DNA of 64,000 bases, from positions 186,001 through 250,000 of the forward strand of contig JBLDXI010000085.1 in the NCBI GenBank assembly GCA_047495785.1, in the 5' to 3' direction. Of the stretch, positions 52,101 to 63,067 are shown piece by piece. Made by a program: the position numbers and the translations under genes. Numbering within the stretch: position 1 is the stretch's first letter; each line of letters begins with the position of its first letter. The DNA is from Lepidodermella squamata (lineage: Eukaryota; Animalia; Gastrotricha). The notes beneath the pieces were generated by a model. That model did not search any database. It was given only the letters and a program-made list of their open reading frames with translations, and had not been told where the DNA came from.

Positions 52101-52506
52101 GGCTGGAAAAATGTTTCAAAATATCGTACCGATATTTCATCCGGAGCTTTGCACGGAACAATTCCTGGGCGGCAACTAGGGGTTAGGGCAGCGAATTTGT
52201 AACACATGCGACCATTCTGTTCAGGAAATTAAAATCAGATCTGAAATGAAAGTTAGAGGATTACTCACCCCACTTCGACACAAATCAAAAGTGGAAATGC
52301 TGGCACCAGACTAAATATAGAAAAATTGTTGCTAAAATTGGGAAATGATCAAAAAATGTCAAAATAACCTGATATTCCTTCAATAAATCACAAGACGTCG
52401 AACAGTCAATGAATGAGTTGTCGAGAAGTGACATACAGCGCTTCCATTGGCACGAAACACCTCCAAATAGACAAAATATGAAGAAAAGACCTACAGCCCT
52501 CGTCAT
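49195..52506 (-). CDS. Secreted six-repeat + C-type lectin L3 (10 exons, EPN motif)
   Basis: MTRAVGLFFIFCLFGGVSCQWKRC..; all 10 exons found in frame; CTLD ends WDSGEPNFGTNAC..LKDSDC..SFCETYA. Intron 8 is enlarged by MITEs. Confidence 0.9.
50728..50967. mobile_element. 240-bp MITE (MULE-like) with 8-bp TSD in intron 8 of L3
   Basis: TIR GGTTCTATGCCAA / TTGGCATAGAACC; TSD AACGAGCG at 50720-50727 and 50968-50975; internal 14-15 bp GAGCAA-containing tandem repeats in both orientations. Confidence 0.9.
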
Positions 52507-54220
52507 GTTAAGAAGAATGCTAAAACTAATTCGAATGAACGCTTTTTAAAAAATACTCCACCAAATTTAATATCTCGTAGGAGCACGCGAAATCTGCGTC
52601 CGAATTCAATATGGTCTGTTTACAGGAATCACGTATTTTTTCTATTAACAGAAATAGAATAAACACGTGGCCGCCAAACAACTGCTGATAATACGAACAA
52701 AATTGCGAACAAAACAACAGTGGAAATGCTGAAAACAGACTACTGTACTCCCTCGATAAAAACACCCTGTTTAGTAGTTTAGAGGTACTTATTAAGTAGG
52801 ACTGTTTACGATCGAAAAGGATTAGCGCCCAAGATGATGCCAATTTTTTGCTTTTTCAAAATAAATGTACGGCGACCTTGATAAAAGCACCCCTCGTTAA
52901 AAGAAAGAGTCTGGCGCCGGACCCCGTTTTTACACCAGACTTGCATTTTTTATTGAAACCACGGTGTGCTTGAAACTAATTACACTTTGACTGCCAACTG
53001 TAGACTGCGAGATCGATATTTGGATCCAAATCCTGTGCGTGTTAAAATCTATTTCGTTTTGCCATGCGACGCATTCGTTGCCGGGTTGAGACGTATGATT
53101 ATACGAGTTTACGCGTTGTGGTAAATGGGGTGCTTATTTCAATGATTTATCAATTGATATCTGGACCTTAAACACCTTAACAGCAGCCCCTTTTTATTTG
53201 ACAACAAAAAAGCTAATTTTCTTTGCCTTTTTCTGTTCCTATTGAACCGATCCAGTTTGCAGCAATAAATAAAATATGATCGGGAAGCATGAATCATGAA
53301 TCGAAGCATGAATCGCAGGTGATGACGAACTCGTGCATTTCGCGTCGATTTTTTTCATCGCCCAGAAGTAGGCCGTGTACAATTTCAGCTAAGTCCGTAA
53401 AAGGGCAATTGTCTGGCATAGATCACCTTCAAGACAATTGTCTCACAAAAATTCTACAATGCCAGCATTTTCAAAAATGATCATTCATAAACGAAAAATC
53501 AAAATTTTTGCGAATTTGTAATGTTTCAAATCGGAAGTGACTTTTCAAGTCCCAAAAATTCTTCGCAAAACTTTTAAACTTTAAATTTGCGAGATCAAAC
53601 TCGATAATTTATTATTTTTTATGATTTTATGTTAGAGGTCAGTAAAAATGGTACTGCGATGATGTTTGATTGGTCGACGAGTTCATAAATCGGCAGCAAT
53701 TTTATTGGCGATCAAGGCGGGAGAAAGCCGTCGGTATCGCAATGTATCACGTGACTGATGCTGAAATCTAATCAGGAAAATCGACTGCGCTCGATAAGCT
53801 ACTTCACTAAATGCGTGCTTTTTATAGCCATATCGTATGATTATTAATTTGGTATTAACAACATCAGCACTTGGGCGTCAGCATCTACCTACTTCTTCCT
53901 ACTTTATCTGTTAGATGAGCCAGCAGAAATAAAAAGAAGAGTAGATTTTAAAAAAATTTGGTTCTATTTGCCAGTAGTGATTTTCAAGCAAGCTTTTATA
54001 CCGAAGTTTTACCGGCAAAGTCTGCCCCGTATTATGCACGGACCTAAATTTATTGCCCACAGCTCAATTCTGTAATTACGAGGCTGTCACTGCGAACAGT
54101 AAAACGAAGCGCCTAATAAATCATTGGAATGCTAATGATCTCAAGGCACGCGAGAATCCATAAGAGAAATCAATTTCCGATTTTCAAACCATTCTATAAA
54201 TTTTCATTTTTTCACAAACC

Positions 54221-54582
54221 ATGGTATTGCTGATTTCAATAACCATCGTCTTTGTGGGTTTGTCTTATTATATCTAACATGATCTATCTAAAACTAACGG
54301 CTTCCTTTTCGATTAGGCATCGCCTTCTCCGAAGCAGGGCGACAGCCCAAGCACAGAGCATGGCGACGTATCGCCCTCGGTGACGATGCTAACACTAACT
54401 CGAATGTGAATCGACTCGAGAGTTCGCCGTTTTTTTATTATGCGATCGATGACGGCAGCGACGAGGCCACGCCGCTGCTGCCATGGTGGATCTACTACTA
54501 TCACCCAGAACCTACGACGCCGACTACAACATCGACAACGACAACAACAACTACGACAACAACAACTGCTGCCCCGGTATAA
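54221..54582 (+). CDS. Small secreted Thr-rich peptide, 100 aa, 2 exons (54221-54257, 54317-54582)
   Basis: MVLLISITIVFV|GIAFSEAGRQPKHRAWRRIALGDDANTNSNVNRLESSPFFYYAIDDGSDEATPLLPWWIYYYHPEPTTPTTTS-polyT-AAPV-stop. 59-nt GT-AG intron; TATAAA about 25 nt upstream. Confidence 0.7.
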
Positions 54583-54643
54583 GGCTTATTATCATTTTAA
54601 TCCATCTTATCGGGATGATAATCAAGGGGTTAATTTCTAAATA

Positions 54644-55075
54644 CTGTATATCTACTAATTTTCGGTGGTCACTAATTTTCGGTTTCGGAGATTTCGGACC
54701 TGTACTTTTTATTTCGGTGGATTTGAATTCGGTTTGAGAGTTGATCCTGAGAAAAAAATTCGAAATTAGTCACTTTAAAATTGATTTCAGTGCTTCGATT
54801 TCGTGTTTTTACACGCTATCAGGAGATAATCCCTGCTTTAGCAGCATCAATGTCTGTTGCTTCCAATATCCTTACTACCTAAAATTGCAGGTAACACAAT
54901 TTTGGCACATTTTACCCTACTTTACCATGATGAAGCTGTATTTTAGAAAAGAACAATAAATTGGCCATTGGCCGAATTTATTTTCGGTGATTTTGAATCC
55001 GGTGTTTCCTCAAAAACACCGAATTCAAAGATCAAACCGAAAATTAGTGACCACCGAAAATTAGTAGATATACAG
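54644..55075. mobile_element. 432-bp TA-flanked MITE (Tc1/mariner-type)
   Basis: About 40-bp perfect TIR CTGTATATCTACTAATTTTCGGTGGTCACTAATTTTCGGTTT, with TA on both sides. Confidence 0.92.
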
Positions 55076-56001
55076 TACTGCATTATTTAAAAAACGATCA
55101 TTCATTATTAAAATAATCTCTTATGACGCGATTGAACAACTGATGTCTCATGGTGCAAATTTCATATTGTAATTAGTAATATAGATATAAGTTGTTAACC
55201 TAAACCAAATATTAAAATTTGACTCTCAAAGCAAACTTTTAACAATTGTCGTTTTCGAAAAATTATGTTGCATAAGGTCATGATGACCTCTAACTTCATT
55301 CTTCAAGCTTCACGAAATTGACGAAATCTGAGCGGTTACTGGGTTTTCCAAAATTCCAATATTCCAGAATTTACAAAAAATTCGAATTTGCAAACATATG
55401 ATAATTTATTTCTACTGATCTCAATCCTTGTCACTTTGAGGTTATTTATCTATCTTTTATAATGTAATTTCCATGAGGTAATTAGTAGTAGTTTTCGTCC
55501 GTGTAGTAGAACATTTTTTATGGCAGTAGAACCAACATAAAAAGGACCACGGCGCTTCTTCATAGAAGTACAGCTTTATGTCGTTAACAACGCGCCAAAA
55601 CAACCACTTAGATGACTCATTCGATCGTACTTTTACTCGCCTAACGTAATGATGAAGTACGTTAGGCCTTTTGAGCACCGATTTTTTCATTTATCGAACG
55701 TACTTTACTCATAAAATCTATAAATAGTAAAGTGGTTGTTTTGGCGCGTCGCTAACGATATCGACGTTGTTCACATTCGAGTTGGCATTTGAATTTGTCA
55801 TCGAGCAAAATTTGGCGCCATTTTTTGTATTTGTGATTCCGCCTAGCAGCAGGAATTCTTGCTTCAGCAAAAGCGATGGCTGTTAACAAAAAATCATAGA
55901 GCACTACGTTCTCTATGCAAAAAAACAACATTATTTTTCATTAAGCGTTGATTAATTTTTTTAATTTCCGTGGACGTGCAATTTTGTGAATTCTGCTTCA
56001 G

Positions 56002-56463
56002 GCCGTCTTTCGGTGTATCGGACCAAACGGCGTTGTTACGTGCCGACCAACCGATTGCAATGGCGATGAGATGAAGTTCCCGTCGAAAGCCTTCACAAGC
56101 CAATCAGCTTGTGAAAACGCAGTCAAAACCGTGGAATATCTCCCTGGAGCCTTTTTTCGCCCTACAGCCGACACAAATTGCAAGCGGTCCGGTGGGCTAT
56201 TGGCGACTATCCAAACGCAGGCGGAGCTTGACAAAGCCTTGGCAGATCTTGGCTTCTCTGCTTTCGCCCACATTGGCTTGACAAATAAGTCTGGAAATTG
56301 GGCGTGGGACGACGGCACGCCTTATGCCAACTTTCCGCCCTGGGATTCTGGCGAGCCCAACTTCGGCACAAATGCCTGCGCCTATCTTTACCAAGGCGGG
56401 GTCCTTAAAGACTCGGACTGTAACGTTCGCGCGAGCGGTTCTTTTTGTGAAACCTACGCTTGA
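56002..56463 (+). pseudogene. Orphan lectin terminal exon L4 (repeat 6 + CTLD), near-identical to L3 exon 10
   Basis: Acceptor TTCAG, then an open frame AVFRCIGPNG...GEPN...SFCETYA. No exons 1-9 found upstream on the + strand. Confidence 0.75.
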
Positions 56464-57080
56464 AGCTGAAGAAACTTATCGGACTATATTAAGAGTCGAC
56501 ATTTGACTTTAAACTCTCTTTGTGTTGAAAATTTAAATTTGTGTTGAATCGGACCTCATCTGAGTTTATTTTGATGCCTTAGTTGGGCAACCCTCGGCGC
56601 TACTGCGGATTGCCCCACAGTAAACCTGCTGCCGCTGCCAACTAGCCAGAAGTAAACTCTTTTTTCAGTCCACATGAACACCTTGTTTTGGAAGCAACCT
56701 GGCATTGCAGCAGCTCCTTCGACTTTAGTTAATAAGGTTTTGTGCGGTGTTTGCACGTCGGTTTCAGTCCTGCTTATGGCCAGAGCTTCGGATTTAATTT
56801 GATTCGACTTACTTCTTAACTCACGGAACTCATTTAATCAATCAAAATTAATCAATAACCCATTTTTACAGAAATAAATAAATCAAATCAAATCAAATCA
56901 ATCATTGACATAGATAAATCACAATAAATAATGAAATATCAAGATTTTTACATATCTTTGGAAATTCTTTGGAAATTCAAGCAATGGATAAAATAGCGAA
57001 AATTTGAAACTGCCGTCCCTCTACATATCTAATTTCTATCAAAAAGGACGGAACTACCTTAGCGGCATCCGAGATTTTCG

Positions 57081-58559
57081 AATTTCAAGCAGTGCTCATT
57101 GAATGGCTTGCTGGTCACTTGCGTACCAATCAACCAAACGTGCCCTAACAGCGAATTAGGATCCTCGAAATAGGGGGGTATTTCGGGCCCCAATTTTATG
57201 ACCAAAGGGTGTGGAAAATCCCCCTGTGGGTTTTTTGGGGATTTTCCACACCCAGCCGAACTGGATAGCCCTCATTCCCCCCGTACTTCGCGCCCTGTTA
57301 GTTAGTGTATAAATTTTATCTTCTGTTTTTTAGAATATAACTATATATATGTCGTACCGTTTTAGGCGATCCTCCCAAAAGGCAATTGGGATAACCCATG
57401 AGGCAATATGCCTAAGATGGAGATATAAGATACCGCTAAGGACAATAATTGACAACATCTAGAAACACCGAATATTTCCTCCTGTAGCCTAAAAAGGTTG
57501 CTCACTGATTAAATTTCTAACTCGGTGGGTTGATAGAGATATAAGAAAGCTTTCCCGAAGTTCAAGCGCCAAAAACCGACTAATAGGTCATAGTTGGCAG
57601 CTGGAACTTTTGCTGAACCTTCAAGGTTCAAGATAATGATCCTAGTTCCGACTGATTGATTTCGTCATCTAAAGCAATTGATCAGTCTAAAAAGTAAACC
57701 CAACCCCATAGTTCACATCAATCGAATCTCATGGAGCCTGAAAGAGTCTCTAGGATCAACTTCTGTGGAAAAAAGGAATCTAAAAATTCAAGCAAGGGGA
57801 ACCACATACTAGAACTGGGGAACCAGAAATGAACTTGCTAGGGTTGACATCCTTTAAGAAAATTTAAATTTGAGTATTATTTGAAATTTCCAGTCATTAA
57901 TGCCAAAAAATGACAATAAGTAGAGAATAAATTGAAAATACCACGATTATCGGTCATCGATGTATCGTTTTGAGAAATAATTATTTTGAGAATTATTAAT
58001 TTGCTTAAAAAGTGGATTTTTAGAGCAATTGCTCTAGAGGGTAACCCAATTGCCAATTGGGGCGGATTGCTCATAACGGTACGACATATATATCTCGTAA
58101 TCACATATATCGTTTAAGTATCTTAACTATTGATCAGATTAAATTGGCTTTTTCTTTTTGTTCACAAGGCTACCGGTAGTCGAACATATGCCAACCTAGC
58201 AACTTGCGTCGATGGGAAAAGTTATTTTCAATAAATTATTATTGTCCTCTTGTAGCTCACTTGATTTTCAGTTCTGGTGCCAGACAGTGAGAAGCCACAT
58301 GTCCGCTGTCTTAGCAACCCTGGGCGAATTTTCAATGGCTGCCGTCTCAGCTCAACCGGGTGCTGGGCTAGCAATGAGACCCAGGAGGCAGCCCCAAAGC
58401 CGTACATCAACCGTGATAACTGCCTTCGAGGCGTAAGCTCTAAGTTGAACTTGATTCCAATAGTCAGACTCTGTGTCTTTATCCCAGGCTGCAGCACAGT
58501 GTGACTCGAGCGGAACGAAGCTTTGCGTTGGGAGATCCTGTCCTGCGTGGTCTACTCAG
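57081..58559 (+). pseudogene. Lectin gene fragment L5 (exons 5-8 only)
   Basis: An exon 5 remnant is cut by a MITE. Exons 6-8 are intact (58170-58559) and are followed directly by lectin 3'UTR-like sequence. Exons 1-4 and 9-10 are missing. Confidence 0.8.
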
Positions 58560-59259
58560 GTATTGAAGATGAAGAATCTTATCGGACTATATTACGAGCC
58601 GATACATTTGACATTCGACTCTTTCTGTGTTGAATGTCTACAATTTTATTTTGAGAACCTGCAATTTTGAGTAGTGGCGACGCCTTGAAATCAAATACGA
58701 TATTAGGCGTGACAATAATAAAGACTGTTTAATTCGACTCCTTTCAACCTTTCATTCGTAGCTCGTCGAGAAATTATTCAATAATAAAACCTGTGGACCA
58801 TTGCGTTCACCGTTGAGCACCTTCCATGTGCTTGCTAACTTTCGCCTTGCTTTTAGGCCTCAGCATAGATACATTCCACTTCCAAGCAAGGTTCGATCCC
58901 GGCGGATGCACACATGTTTGGCATTTGTTTGAAAGTAGCGTAGACGCCACTATGAAGGATATAGCTGAAATTTCCCATCAGTTTTGGAGTTCGCAATATG
59001 AACTCAGAAACCAGCGGTTCGATTCGAGATTTCGATTCTCGATGAGACCTTCATATGCTTTTCAATCAAACAACAGCATGCAAGCCTTCTATGGAAGGGC
59101 CTAGGGATCGTGGTAGAGAGTATCATTCGCACTGTGAAGCTGTTGGGTTCAATTTAGGTCATTTTTCGCGTAATCTCTGGAAGATTATTTGCTATATGAA
59201 AATTTCCTTCGACTTGGCTCCCAGCCAACAATTAATTTGTTGTTTTGAATTTTGTTAGC

Positions 59260-59457
59260 ACTTGTTTTTTGTATTTTTAGCAGTTTTGGTGATGACACCT
59301 GTTTCGATTTCTATAAATAGATAAAATACGTGATTCCTGTAAACAGCTGATATTGAATTCGGACGCACAGATTTCGCGTGCTCCTACGTGATATTAAATT
59401 TGGTGGAGTATTTTTTTTAAAGCGTTCATTCGAATTAGTTTCAACATTCTTCTTAAC
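59260..59457 (+). promoter_or_regulatory. Conserved upstream block of the lectin genes (also at about 44808-44995, 62865-63067, and 52507-52660 on the minus strand)
   Basis: Shared TATAAATAG (L6, L7), AAATACGTGA and AATTCGGACGCA..TCGCGTGC motifs at similar distances from each ATG. Confidence 0.55.
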
Positions 59458-61550
59458 ATGACGAGGGCTGTAGGTCTTTTCTTCATATTTTGTCTATTTG
59501 GAGGTGTTTCGTGCCAATGGAAGCGCTGTATGTCACTGCTCGACAATTCATTCGTGGACTGTGCGACGTCTTGTGATGCATTGAAGGAATATCAAGTTAT
59601 TTTATAATTCTCCGATTTGTTTACCTTTATTTGGCTAAATATTCCACAGTCCGGCTCCAGCATTACCACTTATGATTCATGTCGAAGTGGAGTAAGAAAC
59701 CATTTAAAATGCATTTTCCGTATCTGATTTTGTCTTCCTGAAACAGAATGGTCGCATGTGTTACAAATTCGCTGCCCTAACCACAAGTTGCCGCCCTGGC
59801 AATGTTCCTTGTAAAGGTCCTGACGAAATATCAGTGCGTTAGATTATCAATCAATTTCAGCTTTGATTATTTTCTCGATCATCAGTTTCAGCCTTTCTAC
59901 AGCCGCTCGTTGCTTCGCTCGAGCTTGCAATTATGCGAAACCGATAGACTTAACTTTGCGGTACGTTGGGGATTTTAATAAATTAATAATTGAATGAAAA
60001 GCTGTTTTATTTGTTTCAGAATCAATATTTCAAGCAGTGCTCATTGAATGGTTCGCTAGTCACATGCGTCCCAATCAACCAAACTTGCCCTAGCAGCATG
60101 GTAAAGTTTTCAAGACTTGATTACAGATACTATGACCTATTAGAAGTTCCGAAAGATTTTCGCTGGCTATCGTCTTATAGGATTTTCGAGAGACATAAGA
60201 ATGGGTATTTTCAGCCCCGAATTTATCTCATCAAAAGGCCCTCTCTGTGGTTTTTCTGGGTTTTCTTGGCTGGAACTCTCGAGGTAGGGAATACGGTACA
60301 CCTCGTAATTCGCATACTTCTTCTTCTTATCATACTTTAACTCTTAAAATAATAGTATTTGTTCACAAGGCTACCGGTGGTCGAACATATGCAAACCTTG
60401 CAACTTGCGTCGATGGGAAAAGTGAATTTATTTATTTTTTTTGGATTTTTAACTCTAACAGCAGCTTATTTCAGTTCAAGTACCAGACAGTGAGAAGCTA
60501 CATGTTCGCTGTTTCAGCAACCCTGGACGAATCTTCAATGGCTGTCGTCTCAGCTCAGTCGGCTGCTCGCCTATCAACGAGACCCAAGAAGCAGCCCCCA
60601 AGCCGTACCTCAACCGGGATAACTGCCTTCGAGGCGTAATAAGTTTAATTTAATTTTTGTGTCGGATGAGCATTTGTAAATTCCAGGCTGCGGCTCAGTG
60701 TAGCTCAAGTGGAACGAAGCTTTGCTTTGGAAGAACATGTCCCGCAGGATCGACCCAGGTAGGAACCTCTTCTTTTCAGTTTCGATAATATTTGCAACTT
60801 GAATTCGTTTGCGCCCTTTTTAAAAAAATCATGAAATACAGTGATGAATGAGCTATCAATCACTACTATAACTATCTCTATATCATTCTAGCATTTGAGG
60901 AGCCTTACATGAAACCGTTACTGCCATTTCAGATCAAGCTCCACCAAAATTCGTCTTCCTTCCAAACAAATTACGACAACTGTTTAGCTGAACTTACACC
61001 GGCGGTAAGATTTATGCCGAAATTTTGCATTATCCACAGTTTCACGATCCTTATTTTAATGAAACTCCGCATTCTTCTTCATCAGGCCGTCTTTTATCGG
61101 TGTCTTGGACCAAACGGCGTCGTTACATGCCGCCCAACAGATTGCAACGGTGATGAAAAGAAATACCCATCGAAAAGCTACTCCAGCCAATCGGCCTGTG
61201 AAAACGCAGTCAAATCCGTTCAACACTATAAGCAGACCATAAATCGCCCAGGAGCCGATGAATATTGCAAGAATCTCGGCGGGCTATTGGCTACTATCAA
61301 GACGCAGGCAGAATTTGACAAAGTTAGGCAAAATCAAATCCACATGGCCCACATTGGCTTGTCGAATACGCCTGGATATTGGACGTGGGACGACGGTACG
61401 CCGTTTGCCAACTTCCCGCCCTGGGATACTCGCGCTGGCTCGCCTAATTATGGTGAAAATGCCTGTGTTGCACTAATCGATGGTGGGGTCCTCAGAGACG
61501 GCAGCTGTAACATTACCGCGTTTAGTTTTCTCTGTGAAACTTTTGCTTGA
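59458..61550 (+). CDS. Secreted six-repeat + C-type lectin L6 (10 exons, SPN in place of EPN)
   Basis: All 10 exons in frame; CTLD ADEYCKNLGGLLATI..HIGL..WDTRAGSPNYGENAC..LRDGSC..FLCETFA. Confidence 0.9.
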
Positions 61551-63067
61551 TGATGAAAAACTTGTCGGACTCGATTCGAGCCGATAAATCTATTTTGAAC
61601 ATTCGTTTGACTGCTGGACCTTTTCTGCGTATTTACGTAAAATTCTAATTAAGTGAATCGACATAAATAAAAATGGCCTCTGATTACCTCGGATTACCTC
61701 TGTTACCTCTGATATGATACTTAATGATCAATTTTCTCTATACGATTGCTTTGGTTTAGCCTTAACCCTGAGAAGTTGGTCAGTTCTGTCAATTATTTGA
61801 ATGAGATAGATCCAAAGCGAGGCCATGATGAGGAGTCTCCCTCGGGGTTTCAACGAAATACGAGTGGTATCGGCTGCAAATAGCAAGGTATGTAAACGCG
61901 TAAGGCAGATGTTAGCTATCTGGCTTTATGCGTTCGGGATTCACACCATGCGCGAAGCTCAACGGTTTCGAAATTGCTGGCAGCAGATTCTGAGCTGACC
62001 TCAGCGGCTTAATCGTTCCGCTTGAGTTGCTGCTTGTCGATAGCGTCTTACGGTAACGGTTGACCTACTAGCTTTGATATTGTCGCAATCGCTGTTTTGA
62101 CGTCCCACCGCCCCATGCTAGTCGGCATGGGTTCTAACGCATGTTCCCCATCCTCAGCGATATTTGAGTCAACGGTCCTCTTATCATCAAACTCGGTACA
62201 GCGACAAAACATCAGTTACGCAGTACAGCGAATGCAACGAAACAGCTAATTTTTCATTTCGCGACAAAACAGCATAAAACTAACTATTTAAAAGATGCAA
62301 CGTGTTTCTGCTGTTTTGTCACGTTTGCTGTTTTGAGTATTTGCTGTTATGACTCAACTTCTTCAGCGAGGTCAGAATTATATATTCAGATTCTGACCAG
62401 ACAATGATTAAAACTAAATAAGGATTGGATGATGATACCTCATCCTTTGTTGTTTCAAATCAAGTCAAGCACATTCCGACAGATTGAGCTCATGTTTCGA
62501 GGTAATAATGCAATAAAAGACTTTCCGAAGGTTTAATTCACCTTTAACCCTATTTTCGACGTTTTCGAAAATTATTACTTCGATAGAATTATATGGATCC
62601 GTATTCGGTCAAGTTGTTTTTCCCAATATAGTTGAAAAACACAAGATTCAGCCACTTGTCGCGTCAATGGTGTTTCATCCACCATCCGGACGAATTTTGC
62701 GAATTTTTTAATTTTGCTTTGAGGTCATGGTGCTCTGAAGCTTTTGCTTTGAAGCCTGTTACTAAATTTTCCCTACTTTGTAGGGGACCCATTGGGTGAA
62801 CAATAAATTAGTATCCCCTTGACTTCCAGCCAAAAATAGTTTTGTTGTTTTGAATTTTGTTTGCACTGGTTTTTTTGTATTTTTAGCAGTTGTTGTGAGG
62901 CCACCTGTGTAATCCATTTCTATAAATAGATAAAATACGTGATTTCTTTAAACAGCTTACATTGAATTCGGACGCACAGATTTCGCGTGCTCCCATTTTT
63001 GTTTCGGTTAGATATTTTTAAATAGCCTTCATTCAACGGTTTTTCAACTTCGTTTTAAACATATACG

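Noticed and set aside
54440-54737. ORF-track poly-Gln and poly-Asn ORFs
   Set aside because: They are off-frame readings of the Thr-rich exon. Only the Thr frame joins a signal-peptide exon.
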